In this document: positions 52,127-63,858 of the stretch, in pieces
Position numbering within the stretch: position 1 is the stretch's first letter
How the letters are laid out: the number at the start of each line of letters is the position of its first letter
Source: Nitrospira sp.
GTDB taxonomy: Bacteria > Nitrospirota > Nitrospiria > Nitrospirales > Nitrospiraceae
NCBI GenBank assembly: GCA_047150005.1
Contig: AP038806.1
Span: 2,496,001 to 2,560,000 of the forward strand
Direction of reading: 5' to 3'
DNA length: 64,000 nucleotides
Notes under the pieces: generated by a model
What the model was told of the DNA's origin: nothing
What the model saw: the letters and a program-made list of their open reading frames with translations, nothing else
The model's database searches: none
Position numbers and translations under genes: made by a program

Positions 52127-52331
52127 GTCGGCTCCTGCTGAATTTTACAGAGATGAATTGTACAGAGCCGTTTGTGCGATGGCAAGTATGGAGATCACGG
52201 GTCCAGTCGGAAAACATTCGGCGACCTGAGAGGCAGACGATCCGTCGATTCTAGGAAGTGGGGGTTTATGCTTTCGTTTGTGCTAGGTAGTCGGATTTGT
52301 TATACTTTGCCACGAATTGTAGGGAGATTTC

Positions 52332-52796
52332 TTGGCTGCCGAGTCTCGTGAGGTTCATCTCTTCGGTTTCAATGCCGGGATGTATCCGAAAGCGCAGGTC
52401 CTCAATCGATTCATTGCCAAGTTGATCGACCTATTCATTGTGGCAGGCGCGGCAAGCCTGATCGATCCCGTCGGGTTCCTTGCGGGACTCGCGTATGTCC
52501 TGGTGGGAGATGGGTTTGCCGGCGGTCGCAGCATCGGAAAGCGGCTCATCGGTCTCCAAACGATCCTCCCCGATACACGTGTGACGGCGGGATTCAGGGA
52601 ATCGATTATTCGCAATGTGCCGTTCGCAGTCGCCCAGATGGCGTTCATGGTCCCGTACGTAGGATGGATTCTGTCGGCCGTGATCATCGCATTTGAGGCC
52701 GTCCTCATCATCGGGAATGAACAGGGCCGACGCATCGGCGACGAATTGGCAGGTACCCAGGTGTTGGACGTCGGACGTTTCGCACTGCCGGATTAA
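52332..52796 (+). CDS. RDD family membrane protein
   Basis: RFIAKLID, SIGKRL, SIIRN and RRIGDELAGT motifs. TGnTATACT extended -10 at 52298-52306. Confidence 0.85.
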   Translation: MAAESREVHLFGFNAGMYPKAQVLNRFIAKLIDLFIVAGAASLIDPVGFLAGLAYVLVGDGFAGGRSIGKRLIGLQTILPDTRVTAGFRESIIRNVPFAVAQMAFMVPYVGWILSAVIIAFEAVLIIGNEQGRRIGDELAGTQVLDVGRFALPD

Positions 52797-53894
<1,098 letters not shown>

Positions 53895-53908
53895 AGGTTC
53901 CATCCCTA

Positions 53909-54784
53909 ATGTGGATGGCCACGTTGCGTGCTCCCTATAATGCTCGACGTCTTGCGCTAGGAGGCTTCGCCCTGCTGCTCCTGGTGCTGTTCCTCTTCCC
54001 CTCACAAAGTCAGGGTGTGCTCCAATACCTCGACGGTCCTGTGGGACAGGTCGTCCGTATTCCGCTAGAAGTGGTGGTATCCATCGATCAGGGCATTTCA
54101 GGGGTCTGGCACAGCTATATCGCTCTTCAGGGCGTTCAGGCAGAAAATGAACAGCTACGGCAGGATATCGAGTGGTTGAAGGGACAGAACACCCAGCTGC
54201 GGGAGGCCGCAGCGGCGACGGAGCGATTGACGGCGCTCCTGCACTTCAAGGAACAAGCATTGCCCACCGTGGTCGCCGCGCAAGTGATCGGGAGAGATGC
54301 GACGAGTTGGTATCGCTCGGTGATTCTGAATAAGGGCGAAAGCGACGGGATCAAGCCCGATATGGGGGTGATCACTCCCGCCGGCGTCGTCGGACGAGTC
54401 GTGAAGACGAACAGCGCGACATCCGTCGTATTGCTGGTGACGGATCCCAACAACGCCATCGCCGGGTTGATTCAGCGGACGCGGGATGAAGGCATCGTCG
54501 AAGGAACCCAACAGGGCCTGGCCAAGCTCAAGTATATCCCGATGCTTTCAAGCGTTCGAAGCGGCGATCGTGTGATCACTTCGGGCCTTGTCGGCGGCTT
54601 CCCGAGAGGTCTAGCTCTCGGCACCATCAGCCGGATCGACAAGGAGGAAGGCGCTTTGTTTCAGTCGGCCGAGCTGACGCCGGAAGTGGATGTCGGCAGG
54701 CTTGAAGAGGTGCTGGTGATCCAAGCCCCCTACGGCGTATCCGTACAAGGGAGCGACAAGAATGCGTCGGTAGGCAAACCGTGA
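53909..54784 (+). CDS. mreC: Rod shape-determining protein MreC
   Basis: TM, coiled coil, AQVIGRD, GVVGRV and TSGL.G.FPRG. Confidence 0.93.
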   Translation: MWMATLRAPYNARRLALGGFALLLLVLFLFPSQSQGVLQYLDGPVGQVVRIPLEVVVSIDQGISGVWHSYIALQGVQAENEQLRQDIEWLKGQNTQLREAAAATERLTALLHFKEQALPTVVAAQVIGRDATSWYRSVILNKGESDGIKPDMGVITPAGVVGRVVKTNSATSVVLLVTDPNNAIAGLIQRTRDEGIVEGTQQGLAKLKYIPMLSSVRSGDRVITSGLVGGFPRGLALGTISRIDKEEGALFQSAELTPEVDVGRLEEVLVIQAPYGVSVQGSDKNASVGKP

Positions 54785-55281
54785 AGATCCTCATGTACAG
54801 TATCGTCATCCTGTTGTTGGTGCCGCTGCAGACCACGCTGCTTCCGCATGTGAGCATTTGGGGGTTGACGCCGGACGTCGGACTGGCCGTGGCGGCGCTG
54901 ATAGGGCTCTTTGCCGGTGAACTGGAGGGGCTCGTCGTCGGGCTGGCCATCGGGTGGATTTTGAACATGTATTCCGCCGGCGACCTATGGGTCAGTCTCG
55001 TCACCAAGGGCGGAGTAGGACTGTTGGCGGGTTTATTTGGGCAGCACGTAGCCCATGTGACTCCGACGGTCGTGTCGGTGGGGCTCCTCATCTTTTCTGC
55101 CGTCGGCGGAACGATGGTGGTTTTGACCATGAAGAGTGCCATCGGGACCGATCTCTGGTGGATGATCCAGTCCATGGTACTTCCACAAGCATGTTTGGAC
55201 GCGGTGGCCGGAGCGGGGCTCTTTTACGTGGCGAACCAGCGGCTGGCCGGCGACCGCGTGTTGCTGTCTGACCGATTGTAG
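54781..55281 (+). CDS. mreD: Rod shape-determining protein MreD
   Basis: Hydrophobic ORF with PD motif, located between mreC and mrdA. Confidence 0.75.
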   Translation: MKILMYSIVILLLVPLQTTLLPHVSIWGLTPDVGLAVAALIGLFAGELEGLVVGLAIGWILNMYSAGDLWVSLVTKGGVGLLAGLFGQHVAHVTPTVVSVGLLIFSAVGGTMVVLTMKSAIGTDLWWMIQSMVLPQACLDAVAGAGLFYVANQRLAGDRVLLSDRL

Positions 55282-55304
55282 ATGGCGGATTGATTCGACA
55301 GGCC

Positions 55305-57170
55305 ATGGCGATCTCGGGAGCTTTCGATTCTGATTTGGGCGAGTTGCAGCGGCGCCTGGTGCTCCTTCGCATCGGCTTGTTGCTCGTCGTCGCGCTGCTG
55401 GCGTTGCGGCTGTGGCATTTGCAGATCCGTGAAGGTCCCTATTACCGTGATCTCTCCGAGAACAACCGCACACGTTCGGTGATTCTGGAACCGGCTCGCG
55501 GTCTGATCTACGATCGCAACGGCGTGCTGTTGGCCAATAACGTTCCAAGCTTCAGTCTCTATGTGTCCCTGGAGGACGTCAAAGATCGCGAAGCGCTGAT
55601 CGACCAACTCACGCAGCTGATCGGTCTGGATCCGGCCCTCGTCCGAAAAAAACTTGCCGTGCGCGGTGCGAAACAGCTGCCGAGAAAGATCAAGGATCGT
55701 CTGACGCTGAAAGAGGCGACGCTCATCGAATCCCATCGACTGGACCTTCCCGGTGTCATGATTCAAGTGGAGTCTCAGCGTAACTATCCGAGCGGCATGG
55801 CGGCCGCGCATGTGTTGGGCTATGTCGGCGAGGTATCGGCCGAGCAGCTGGAGAAGCCAGAATTTTCCGAGCTTCATCAAGGGAGCATCGTCGGCCAGTA
55901 CGGCGTGGAAAAATACTTCGACCGGATTATGCGGGGGATGGCGGGCCAGAAAAGTGTCGAGGTGGATGCGCTGGGTCATGAGAAACGGACGGTCGTGGTC
56001 GATCAACCGAAGGCCGGCGATGATCTCTATCTGACGATCGATGCCAGATTGCAGAAAGTCGCCGAAGAGCTATTGGGACAGGAATCCGGCGCCATCGTCG
56101 CGCTCGATCCGACCACCGGGGATATTTTTGCCATGGCCAGCCGTCCGGCTTTCGATCCCAACGTCCTGTCGAGAGAGCTCACGGCCAAACAATGGGTGGA
56201 AATCGTTCAGGATGAAGGTAGGCCACTGAACAACCGGGCATCTCAAGGCCAGTATCCGCCGGGATCCACGTTCAAGGTGATGATGGCGGCGGCGGCTTTG
56301 GAGACCAACACGGTCACTCCTTTCAGTACGGTCCATTGCAACGGCGGCTATCAGTTTGGCCGACGCCTGTACCATGACTGGAAGGCCGGGGGACACGGGT
56401 CGGTCGATCTGCGTCAGGCGCTCGTCCATTCGTGCGACGTGTACTTCTACACCGTCGGCCAGCGCATGGGGATCGATACGATCGCCGCCTATGGGCACCA
56501 GTTCGGCCTCGGCGAAGAAACTGGCGTGGACTTGCCCTCCGAGCGAGTGGGGATCATGCCGTCGACGGCATGGAAGCAAAAGGCCAAGAACGAGGCCTGG
56601 TTGCCCGGTGAGACCATCTCCGCCTCGATTGGGCAGGGGTATGTCACGGTGACGCCGCTTCAGATGGCCAGTTTGATCGGTACGGTGGCCAACGGCGGTG
56701 TGGCCTATCGTCCACGATTGGTCCAAGGAATCATGAGTCGAGATACCGGCGTTCTGGAGGAACTGCCGTCGGTCGAGAAGCATCGCTTGAAGGTCAAGCA
56801 GGAGCATCTGAAGTTGATCAGGGAGGCGTTGGCGGGTGTCGTGACCGAAGGCACGGCCACAAGGGCCAAATCTTCCATCGTGTCTATTGCGGGGAAGACT
56901 GGGACGGCTCAGACGTCGGCGCTGCGAACCGGTCCGGAGAAGGATATCCCCAAGAAGCTCCGGGATCATGCCTGGTTTGTGGCGTTTGCTCCAGTAGAAG
57001 CGCCGAAAATCGCCGTGGCCGTGCTGGCCGAGAACATGGGGCATGGGGGAGCTGCTGCGGCTCCGCTGGCCAAAGAAGTCATTGAATCTTTTGTCAAGCT
57101 GACGCAACATGCACCCGCAGTTGGACAAGTGATGGCTCCTAAGGCTCACACCGGGAGTTCGGAGTTCTGA
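55305..57170 (+). CDS. mrdA: Penicillin-binding protein 2
   Basis: RGLIYDRNG, STFK, SCD and KTGT motifs. Confidence 0.95.
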   Translation: MAISGAFDSDLGELQRRLVLLRIGLLLVVALLALRLWHLQIREGPYYRDLSENNRTRSVILEPARGLIYDRNGVLLANNVPSFSLYVSLEDVKDREALIDQLTQLIGLDPALVRKKLAVRGAKQLPRKIKDRLTLKEATLIESHRLDLPGVMIQVESQRNYPSGMAAAHVLGYVGEVSAEQLEKPEFSELHQGSIVGQYGVEKYFDRIMRGMAGQKSVEVDALGHEKRTVVVDQPKAGDDLYLTIDARLQKVAEELLGQESGAIVALDPTTGDIFAMASRPAFDPNVLSRELTAKQWVEIVQDEGRPLNNRASQGQYPPGSTFKVMMAAAALETNTVTPFSTVHCNGGYQFGRRLYHDWKAGGHGSVDLRQALVHSCDVYFYTVGQRMGIDTIAAYGHQFGLGEETGVDLPSERVGIMPSTAWKQKAKNEAWLPGETISASIGQGYVTVTPLQMASLIGTVANGGVAYRPRLVQGIMSRDTGVLEELPSVEKHRLKVKQEHLKLIREALAGVVTEGTATRAKSSIVSIAGKTGTAQTSALRTGPEKDIPKKLRDHAWFVAFAPVEAPKIAVAVLAENMGHGGAAAAPLAKEVIESFVKLTQHAPAVGQVMAPKAHTGSSEF

Positions 57171-58288
57171 TGATCGATCGGGTTCTAGAAAGCCGCCAGT
57201 TCGATAATTTCGATTTGCGGTTCCTCGGATTGGTCGTCTTGATCCTGGGGATCGGCGTGCTTTCGATATACAGCGTCACGCATGACCAAGGCGGGACCAT
57301 GCCGTTCTTTGCGAAGCAGTTGGTATGGATCCTCCTCGGCGGCGTGGCGTTTTTTGTCATGCAGATTTGGGACTATCATCGCATCGCCCGGTGGGCCTAT
57401 CCGGCGTATGTGGTGATTCTCTTGTTGCTGGCGTTCGTTCTGTTCGAGGGGAAAACCAGTCGGGGAGCCCAGCGATGGATTCCTGTCGGTCCCTTTGCGT
57501 TTCAACCTTCGGAATTCGCCAAACTGGTCCTGGTCTTGGTGCTCGCGCATTACTATTCGAAGGCTCCCCGTGTAGGTTGGCTGCAACGGGTGGTGGTGCC
57601 GGGGTTGTTGATGCTTCCCGGCCTGTTGCTGATTTTGAAACAGCCGGATCTCGGCAGCGGGTTGAGCTTTCTCGCCGTCTATGCCGCCATGTTGTTGATG
57701 GTGGGGATGCGCTCACAAGCCATGGGATTAATCCTATTATTTTCGCTGATGTTGTTTCCTTTCGCCTGGGAAATGATGTGGGGGTCCTTGCATGATTACC
57801 AACGTCAGCGCATTATGGCGTTCGTTGACCCAGACTATGATCCGGCCGGAAAGGGCTACCATGCGCTGCAATCACGGATTGCCATCGGAGCGGGGGAACT
57901 GACGGGAAAGGGGTTATACGGGGGAACGCAGAGTCAGTTGAAATTTTTGCCAGAAGGGCACACGGATTTCGTCTTTTCGGTGTTTGCCGAAGAATGGGGG
58001 TTTGTAGGGGTGCTCGTGTTGCTCCTCCTATTCGTGGCGTTGATCTGGCTGTCGCTGGAAATCGCCGCGAGGGCGAAGGACGAGCTTGGGGCGCTTCTGG
58101 CAGTCGGCGTGGTATGCATGCTGTGTTTTTGCGTCGTGGTGAACATCGGCATGACCGCCGGCATGTTTCCGATCGTCGGAATTCCGCTTCCGCTCATGAG
58201 CTACGGCGGCAGTGCGACCGTCATGACGATGGCTTCGCTGGGGCTGCTATTGAATGTGAAGCGGCGTCGATTGAGTTTGTTTTACTGA
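57170..58288 (+). CDS. rodA: Rod shape-determining protein RodA
   Basis: GAQRW, QPSEFAK, QPDLG, PEGHTDF and SYGGS motifs. Confidence 0.95.
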   Translation: MIDRVLESRQFDNFDLRFLGLVVLILGIGVLSIYSVTHDQGGTMPFFAKQLVWILLGGVAFFVMQIWDYHRIARWAYPAYVVILLLLAFVLFEGKTSRGAQRWIPVGPFAFQPSEFAKLVLVLVLAHYYSKAPRVGWLQRVVVPGLLMLPGLLLILKQPDLGSGLSFLAVYAAMLLMVGMRSQAMGLILLFSLMLFPFAWEMMWGSLHDYQRQRIMAFVDPDYDPAGKGYHALQSRIAIGAGELTGKGLYGGTQSQLKFLPEGHTDFVFSVFAEEWGFVGVLVLLLLFVALIWLSLEIAARAKDELGALLAVGVVCMLCFCVVVNIGMTAGMFPIVGIPLPLMSYGGSATVMTMASLGLLLNVKRRRLSLFY

Positions 58289-58457
58289 GCGGGCAGCTGC
58301 CTTGATCGAATCCGGCGGGCTGGAATCGCGCTCAAAAGTCGTTCATCATGTGTCGTCCATCGGCTCGACAGTCACCCGATGAAGGGGTGGACCTGGGGTG
58401 TCCCGCGTCCGCTCCTCTCGCCTGGTCGATGGATGCATCGAATGGAAGGAGTTAGGC

Positions 58458-59966
58458 ATGGGATTGGAAATCGCAATCACCGTCGCCCGTGAGGAAACGC
58501 GTGTGGCGGTGTTGGACAGCGGAGTGGTAACGGACCTATTTGGAGACCGCGCCAAGCATAAAGATTTCGTGGGGAACATATATAAGGGGAAGGTCGCCAA
58601 GGTCCTTCCCGGTATGCAAGCCGCGTTCGTAGATATCGGGCTCGAGAAGGCGGCATTCATGCATGTCTCGGATCTGTCCATGGATGCCGAACCGGGGGAT
58701 ACCCTTGTCGATGCAGAGGAGGACGAAAAAGACGGGGACGACCTGCGGCCTCGCCGGGAAAGCTCGAAGCCCATCGAGCAGCTCTTGAGCGAAGGACAGG
58801 ATCTGATGGTGCAGATCTCTAAAGGGCCGATCGGCACCAAGGGGCCGCGAGTCACGAGCTACGTGTCGTTGCCCGGCCGCTATCTCGTGTTCATGCCGAA
58901 TGTCGAGCATATCGGTGTGTCGCGGCGTATCCCGAGGGACGAAGAACGCGCACGGCTGAAGGAGATCATGAAGCGCCTCCGCCACCCCGGTTGCGGATAC
59001 ATCGTCAGGACCGTCAGCGAAGGAGTAAAGGAGGAAGAACTGCGGTCGGATGTCGACTTCCTGCATGTTCTCTGGCAAGACATCCGCGAAAAACGCGATC
59101 AGCAGCCGGCGCCGGCGCTGTTGCACACCGATCTCAGCCTGAGTTTCCGCGTCGTGCGGGACTTGTTCGGCAAGAAGGTGGACAGGCTATGGATCGATTC
59201 GCGCGAAGAATATGAAGCGGTGCGGGACTTCGTCCAGCGCTTCTCTCCGGAACAGACCTCCCGCATTCATTTTTACGACAAAGACGAAAGTTTGTTCGAT
59301 CATCTCGGAGTCGAACAAGAAATGGCCCGCGCGCTCAGCCGGAAGGTCTGGCTCAAGTCGGGCGGATATCTGGTCATCGACCATACCGAGGCGATGACCG
59401 TCATTGATGTGAATACCGGGCGCTTCGTCGGGAAACGAGATCAGGAGGAAACGATCTTGCGCAACAATCTGGAAGCGGCCAAAGAGGTCGCCTATCAGAT
59501 CAAGTTGCGCGGGATCGGCGGAATTATCATCGTCGATTTCATCGACATGGAGCGGGAGAAGAACCGGGACAAGGTGTATCATGCCTTGGTCGATGCCATG
59601 GCGTCGGATAAGGCCCGAACGAGAATCTCCCGCATTTCCGATCTGGGGTTGATCGAGATTTCACGCGAACGGGTTCGTGAAGATCTTCTGCGGTCTCTTT
59701 CGGAACCCTGTCGCTATTGCGACGGCCGTGGCTACACGAAGTCTCCGACAACCATCACCTATGAGATTTTCCGCGAGATCAGAAGGATTGGGAGCGGGGC
59801 GGAGCAACAGCGCATCGTGGTCGGGGCGCATCCCTCGGTCGCGGGTCTGCTGCAGGACGAAGAGCGACAGGGGCTCGAAGCGTTGGAGCGCGAGTGCATG
59901 GCCAAGATTCTGGTCATGTCCGACGAGCAACTGCATCTGGAGCAGTACGATCTGGCCGTGCTCTGA
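58458..59966 (+). CDS. rng: Ribonuclease G (Rne/Rng family)
   Basis: GNIYKG, AAFVDIG, IDVNTG and IIIVDFIDM motifs; CxxC. Confidence 0.93.
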   Translation: MGLEIAITVAREETRVAVLDSGVVTDLFGDRAKHKDFVGNIYKGKVAKVLPGMQAAFVDIGLEKAAFMHVSDLSMDAEPGDTLVDAEEDEKDGDDLRPRRESSKPIEQLLSEGQDLMVQISKGPIGTKGPRVTSYVSLPGRYLVFMPNVEHIGVSRRIPRDEERARLKEIMKRLRHPGCGYIVRTVSEGVKEEELRSDVDFLHVLWQDIREKRDQQPAPALLHTDLSLSFRVVRDLFGKKVDRLWIDSREEYEAVRDFVQRFSPEQTSRIHFYDKDESLFDHLGVEQEMARALSRKVWLKSGGYLVIDHTEAMTVIDVNTGRFVGKRDQEETILRNNLEAAKEVAYQIKLRGIGGIIIVDFIDMEREKNRDKVYHALVDAMASDKARTRISRISDLGLIEISRERVREDLLRSLSEPCRYCDGRGYTKSPTTITYEIFREIRRIGSGAEQQRIVVGAHPSVAGLLQDEERQGLEALERECMAKILVMSDEQLHLEQYDLAVL

Positions 59967-60031
59967 GCGCCTGACGGCGCATTGGGCATATCGAGCGGAG
60001 TCCGCTCCCAATCTCTGGACAGCCGATCCCT

Positions 60032-61168
60032 ATGCAATCGCTCTACGCGACGAACCAGTCTCTTCTTGAGCCCTGGTTACGCCTGAGGGCAATCGATGGG
60101 TTGGGGGATGCGACCATCCTGTCGCTGCTGCAGATCTGGGGGACACCGGAGGCCATGCTGAAGGCAGGGTTGGAGGAACTGATCGAACGAGGCTGCAGCC
60201 GCCGCTTGGCCGGCGCAATTAAGAAGGGACCTTCGGAGAAGGCGTGCCGCCTGATCGACCGAGAACTCTCAGCGCTGCAGCAGTCGACGTGGACGGTCCA
60301 TACGATCCTCGATGCGTCGTATCCCGCGCGGTTGCGGATGATCCCTGATCCTCCGCCGCTGTTGTATGTCTCGGGAGCGTTGCTGGAGGAGGATGCTTTT
60401 GCGGTGGCGGTTGTGGGCGCCCGCCGAGCGACGGCTGGTGGGTGTCTGTTGACGGAAGAATTGGCCAGAGATCTAGCGGAAGCGGGCGTCTCCGTCGTCA
60501 GCGGATTGGCTCGAGGGATCGACGCGGCTGCTCATCGAGGCGCCCTCTCGGGCGGAGGCCGAACTATTGCCGTGCTCGGTTGCGGTATCGACCGGACCTA
60601 TCCGTCGGAGCATGCAAGGTTGCGTCGTCAAATCGAAGAGCAGGGGGCGGTCGTGACCGAGGTGCCGATCAGAACTGCTCCGGAACCGCACAATTTTCCC
60701 AGACGAAATCGCATCATCAGCGGGTTGTCGCTCGGCGTGGTGGTGACGGAGGCCGCCTTGGAGAGCGGGTCGTTGATTACCGCCCAGTTGGCGTGCGAGC
60801 AGGGCAGAGAGGTGTTTGCCGTTCCTGGTTCGGTCAAGGCGGACACCTGTCGCGGAACAAACGCGCTGATCAAACAAGGTGCTGCCTTGATCGAGTGTGC
60901 GGACGATGTTGTCCAAGCACTGACGCCGCAACTTGAGGAACCGATGCGTCGGAAAGTGCGCCGATCTCGATTCGATCCCACGGCTCCTGGGCCTCTGGAT
61001 GAGCAGGAAAGGCTGGTCTACGCGGCGCTGTCACACGAACCCAGGACCGTGGATGAGGTGGCCGAAATCATTCATGCGCCGGTGTCCATTGTGACGGCGA
61101 CGCTCTTGTCTTTGGAGCTCAATCGACAGGCTCGGCAGCTGGGCGGCCAGCGCTTCGTTCGCACGTAA
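60032..61168 (+). CDS. dprA: DNA-processing protein DprA
   Basis: VSGLARGIDAAAH, FPRRNRIISGL and SGSLITA motifs. Confidence 0.95.
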   Translation: MQSLYATNQSLLEPWLRLRAIDGLGDATILSLLQIWGTPEAMLKAGLEELIERGCSRRLAGAIKKGPSEKACRLIDRELSALQQSTWTVHTILDASYPARLRMIPDPPPLLYVSGALLEEDAFAVAVVGARRATAGGCLLTEELARDLAEAGVSVVSGLARGIDAAAHRGALSGGGRTIAVLGCGIDRTYPSEHARLRRQIEEQGAVVTEVPIRTAPEPHNFPRRNRIISGLSLGVVVTEAALESGSLITAQLACEQGREVFAVPGSVKADTCRGTNALIKQGAALIECADDVVQALTPQLEEPMRRKVRRSRFDPTAPGPLDEQERLVYAALSHEPRTVDEVAEIIHAPVSIVTATLLSLELNRQARQLGGQRFVRT

Positions 61169-61258
61169 ACAGGCTTTTATTCCTGAGATGAGTTGCATCG
61201 CGAGAAGAATTTTGGTACGGATGGTACGGTAACAGGGTACTCATCCAGCGGAGCATCC

Positions 61259-63598
61259 ATGGCGAAGTCTCTCATCATCGTCGAATCTCCGACGAAGGCC
61301 AGGACGATCACGAAGTATTTAGGGCGGGGATATACCGTCCTTGCCTCGGTCGGCCACGTCAAGGATCTTCCTACCAGTAAGCTTGGTGTGGACCTCGAGC
61401 GCGATTTTGCTCCGCAGTATGTCACGATCAAAGGAAAATCGAAGGTGCTCGCGGAGATCAAGAAGAAAGCAGAAGAAGCCGACAAGGTGTTTCTGGCTCC
61501 TGACCCTGATCGCGAAGGAGAAGCGATCGCCTGGCACCTTGCAGAAGAACTGAACGGCAAATCGAAAAAGAAGAAGGAGGGCAAAGTCTTTCGTGTCCTC
61601 TTCAACGAGATTACAGAGTCCGCTATTAAGCGGGCGCTGCAATCGCCAGGACAGATCGACATGAAACTGGTCAATGCCCAGCAGGCCCGGAGGGTTTTGG
61701 ATCGAATCGTCGGATACCAGGGCAGTCAGCTGTTGTGGAACAAGGTGCGCCGAGGACTGTCCATGGGACGGGTGCAGTCGGTCGCCGTTCGGCTGATATG
61801 CGAGCGCGAGGCGGAGCGAGAGGCGTTTCGCGCGGAAGAGTACTGGTCGATTACCGCGCTGCTGGCCGGAACGACACCCCCTCCGTTCGAAGCCCGCCTG
61901 CACAGCATCAACGGGGAAGAAGCGTCGATTGCCACGGCGGAGCAGGCGCAGACGGTGGTATCGGCACTCGAAGGGAGGATCTTTACGGTCACCTCCGTCG
62001 AGCGGAAGGAAAAAAAGCGCAACCCGGTTGCTCCCTTCATTACCAGTCGTTTGCAGCAGGAAGCGGCCAGGAAGCTGCGCTTTACCCCTAAGAAGACCAT
62101 GACTCTTGCCCAACAGCTGTATGAGGGTATTGAGATCGGGACGGAAGGGGCAACCGGACTTATCACCTATATGAGGACGGATTCACCGAGAATCTCCCAA
62201 GAGGCCATGGCTGACGCCCGACAGGTCATCTTGGAGCGATTCGGTCAGGAATATCTCCCTGGAACCCCCAACGTGTACAAGACGCAGAAGGCGGCCCAAG
62301 AGGCGCATGAAGCGATCAGGCCCACGGCAGCGGGCCGCGATCCCGAGTCGATCAAACAGTATCTCGAAGAGGACCAGTATCATCTCTACAAGCTGATCTG
62401 GAACCGGTTCATCGCTTCTCAGATGGTGCCGGCCATTCTCGACGTGACGCGGGTGGAGTCCTCCCCGCTGGATACCTCGGATCGGTATCTGTTCCGCTCG
62501 AGCGGCACGGTGGTGAAATTTCCGGGCCACACGATCGTCTATATGGAGGGCGTCGATAAAGAGTTGGCCTCGCAAAAGCCCAAGCAAGACGAAGAGAGCG
62601 ACGAAGGGACCGAGCGCCAGCTGCCGGTCCTCGCCGAAGGCGAGCGTCTCCGGTTGGTCGAACAGGCGGAGCAGACGATCGCCGGCGTTACGTCCAAACA
62701 GCACTTTACTCAGCCGCCGCCTCGTTATAATGAAGCTCTGCTCATCAAGGAATTGGAAGAAAAGGGGATCGGAAGACCGTCCACCTATGCGGCCATCATC
62801 TCCACCATTCAGGACCGGAAGTACGTCGAGAAAATCGAAGGCAGGTTTGTTCCGACGGAAACCGGCCGCACAGTCAACGACTTTTTGATGAAAGGGTTTC
62901 CCGACATCGTGAATGTCGATTTCACGTCTCAGCTCGAAGAGGAACTCGACGAGGTTGAAGAAGGGAACAAGCCATGGATTGATGCGGTTCGGGACTTCTA
63001 CAATCCCTTCACAGCTGATTTGGAAAAGGCGAAGTTGATTCCCGGTCCAAAAGATACGGTCGAGCCTCCCACCAATATTCCCTGCGACAAATGCGGAAGA
63101 ATGATGGAGATCAAGTGGGGGCGAAACGGGAAGTTCCTCGCGTGCCCTGGTTATAAAGAGGATCCACCCTGCAAGAACACTCAGAACTTTGAGCGGCTCC
63201 CCGACGGAACAATCAAGATCGTCCCCAAGCAGGAGCTCACGACCGACCAAGTCTGCGACAAGTGCGGGAGTCCGATGGTCGTGAAGACGGGACGATTCGG
63301 GAAATTCATCGCGTGTTCAGCCTATCCCGCCTGCAAGACGACGAAGCCTCTGGCGCTTGGCGTGAAATGTCCCCAGCCCGGATGCGGGGGCGACCTGGTC
63401 CAGAAGCGTACCCGCAAAGGGCGATCGTTCTACGCATGCAGTCGCTATCCTCAATGCGAATTTGCTCTATGGGATCGTCCTGTCAACAAAGCGTGCCCCA
63501 CCTGCAGCGCGCCCTTCCTGGTCGAAAAGATCAGTAAACAGGACGGGAGAAGCGTGCAGTGCCGCAATGAAGATTGCGGTTATCGCGAGGCCGGATAA
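61259..63598 (+). CDS. topA: DNA topoisomerase I
   Basis: IVESPTK, DPDREGE, GRVQS, ITYMRTD and GIGRPSTY motifs; C-terminal zinc ribbons. Confidence 0.97.
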   Translation: MAKSLIIVESPTKARTITKYLGRGYTVLASVGHVKDLPTSKLGVDLERDFAPQYVTIKGKSKVLAEIKKKAEEADKVFLAPDPDREGEAIAWHLAEELNGKSKKKKEGKVFRVLFNEITESAIKRALQSPGQIDMKLVNAQQARRVLDRIVGYQGSQLLWNKVRRGLSMGRVQSVAVRLICEREAEREAFRAEEYWSITALLAGTTPPPFEARLHSINGEEASIATAEQAQTVVSALEGRIFTVTSVERKEKKRNPVAPFITSRLQQEAARKLRFTPKKTMTLAQQLYEGIEIGTEGATGLITYMRTDSPRISQEAMADARQVILERFGQEYLPGTPNVYKTQKAAQEAHEAIRPTAAGRDPESIKQYLEEDQYHLYKLIWNRFIASQMVPAILDVTRVESSPLDTSDRYLFRSSGTVVKFPGHTIVYMEGVDKELASQKPKQDEESDEGTERQLPVLAEGERLRLVEQAEQTIAGVTSKQHFTQPPPRYNEALLIKELEEKGIGRPSTYAAIISTIQDRKYVEKIEGRFVPTETGRTVNDFLMKGFPDIVNVDFTSQLEEELDEVEEGNKPWIDAVRDFYNPFTADLEKAKLIPGPKDTVEPPTNIPCDKCGRMMEIKWGRNGKFLACPGYKEDPPCKNTQNFERLPDGTIKIVPKQELTTDQVCDKCGSPMVVKTGRFGKFIACSAYPACKTTKPLALGVKCPQPGCGGDLVQKRTRKGRSFYACSRYPQCEFALWDRPVNKACPTCSAPFLVEKISKQDGRSVQCRNEDCGYREAG

Positions 63599-63764
63599 CA
63601 TCTCCATCCGCATCTCCTCTCGCGCATCAATCCGCCGTCGATCTCCGCTCTGAGCCAGCTATTCCGTACTTTCTTCCCGCATAATCGCGCGTACTCGTGG
63701 TGTGAAATTGAGAGGCGAAGTCATCGAAGATGAGAAGTCTAATCAGAATTACGTAAATCAAATC

Positions 63765-63793
63765 TTGACGAGGTGTGTGAGAGCCGAGATAAT
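63765..63793 (+). promoter_or_regulatory. Putative sigma-70 promoter of bfr
   Basis: TTGACG-N17-GATAAT in an AT-rich intergenic region. Confidence 0.5.
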
Positions 63794-63858
63794 GTACAGA
63801 GAAATGTTTACGTCCTTGTGCACTCGCGTTGATTTTCTGATGAAGGGAGGGCCACGAG

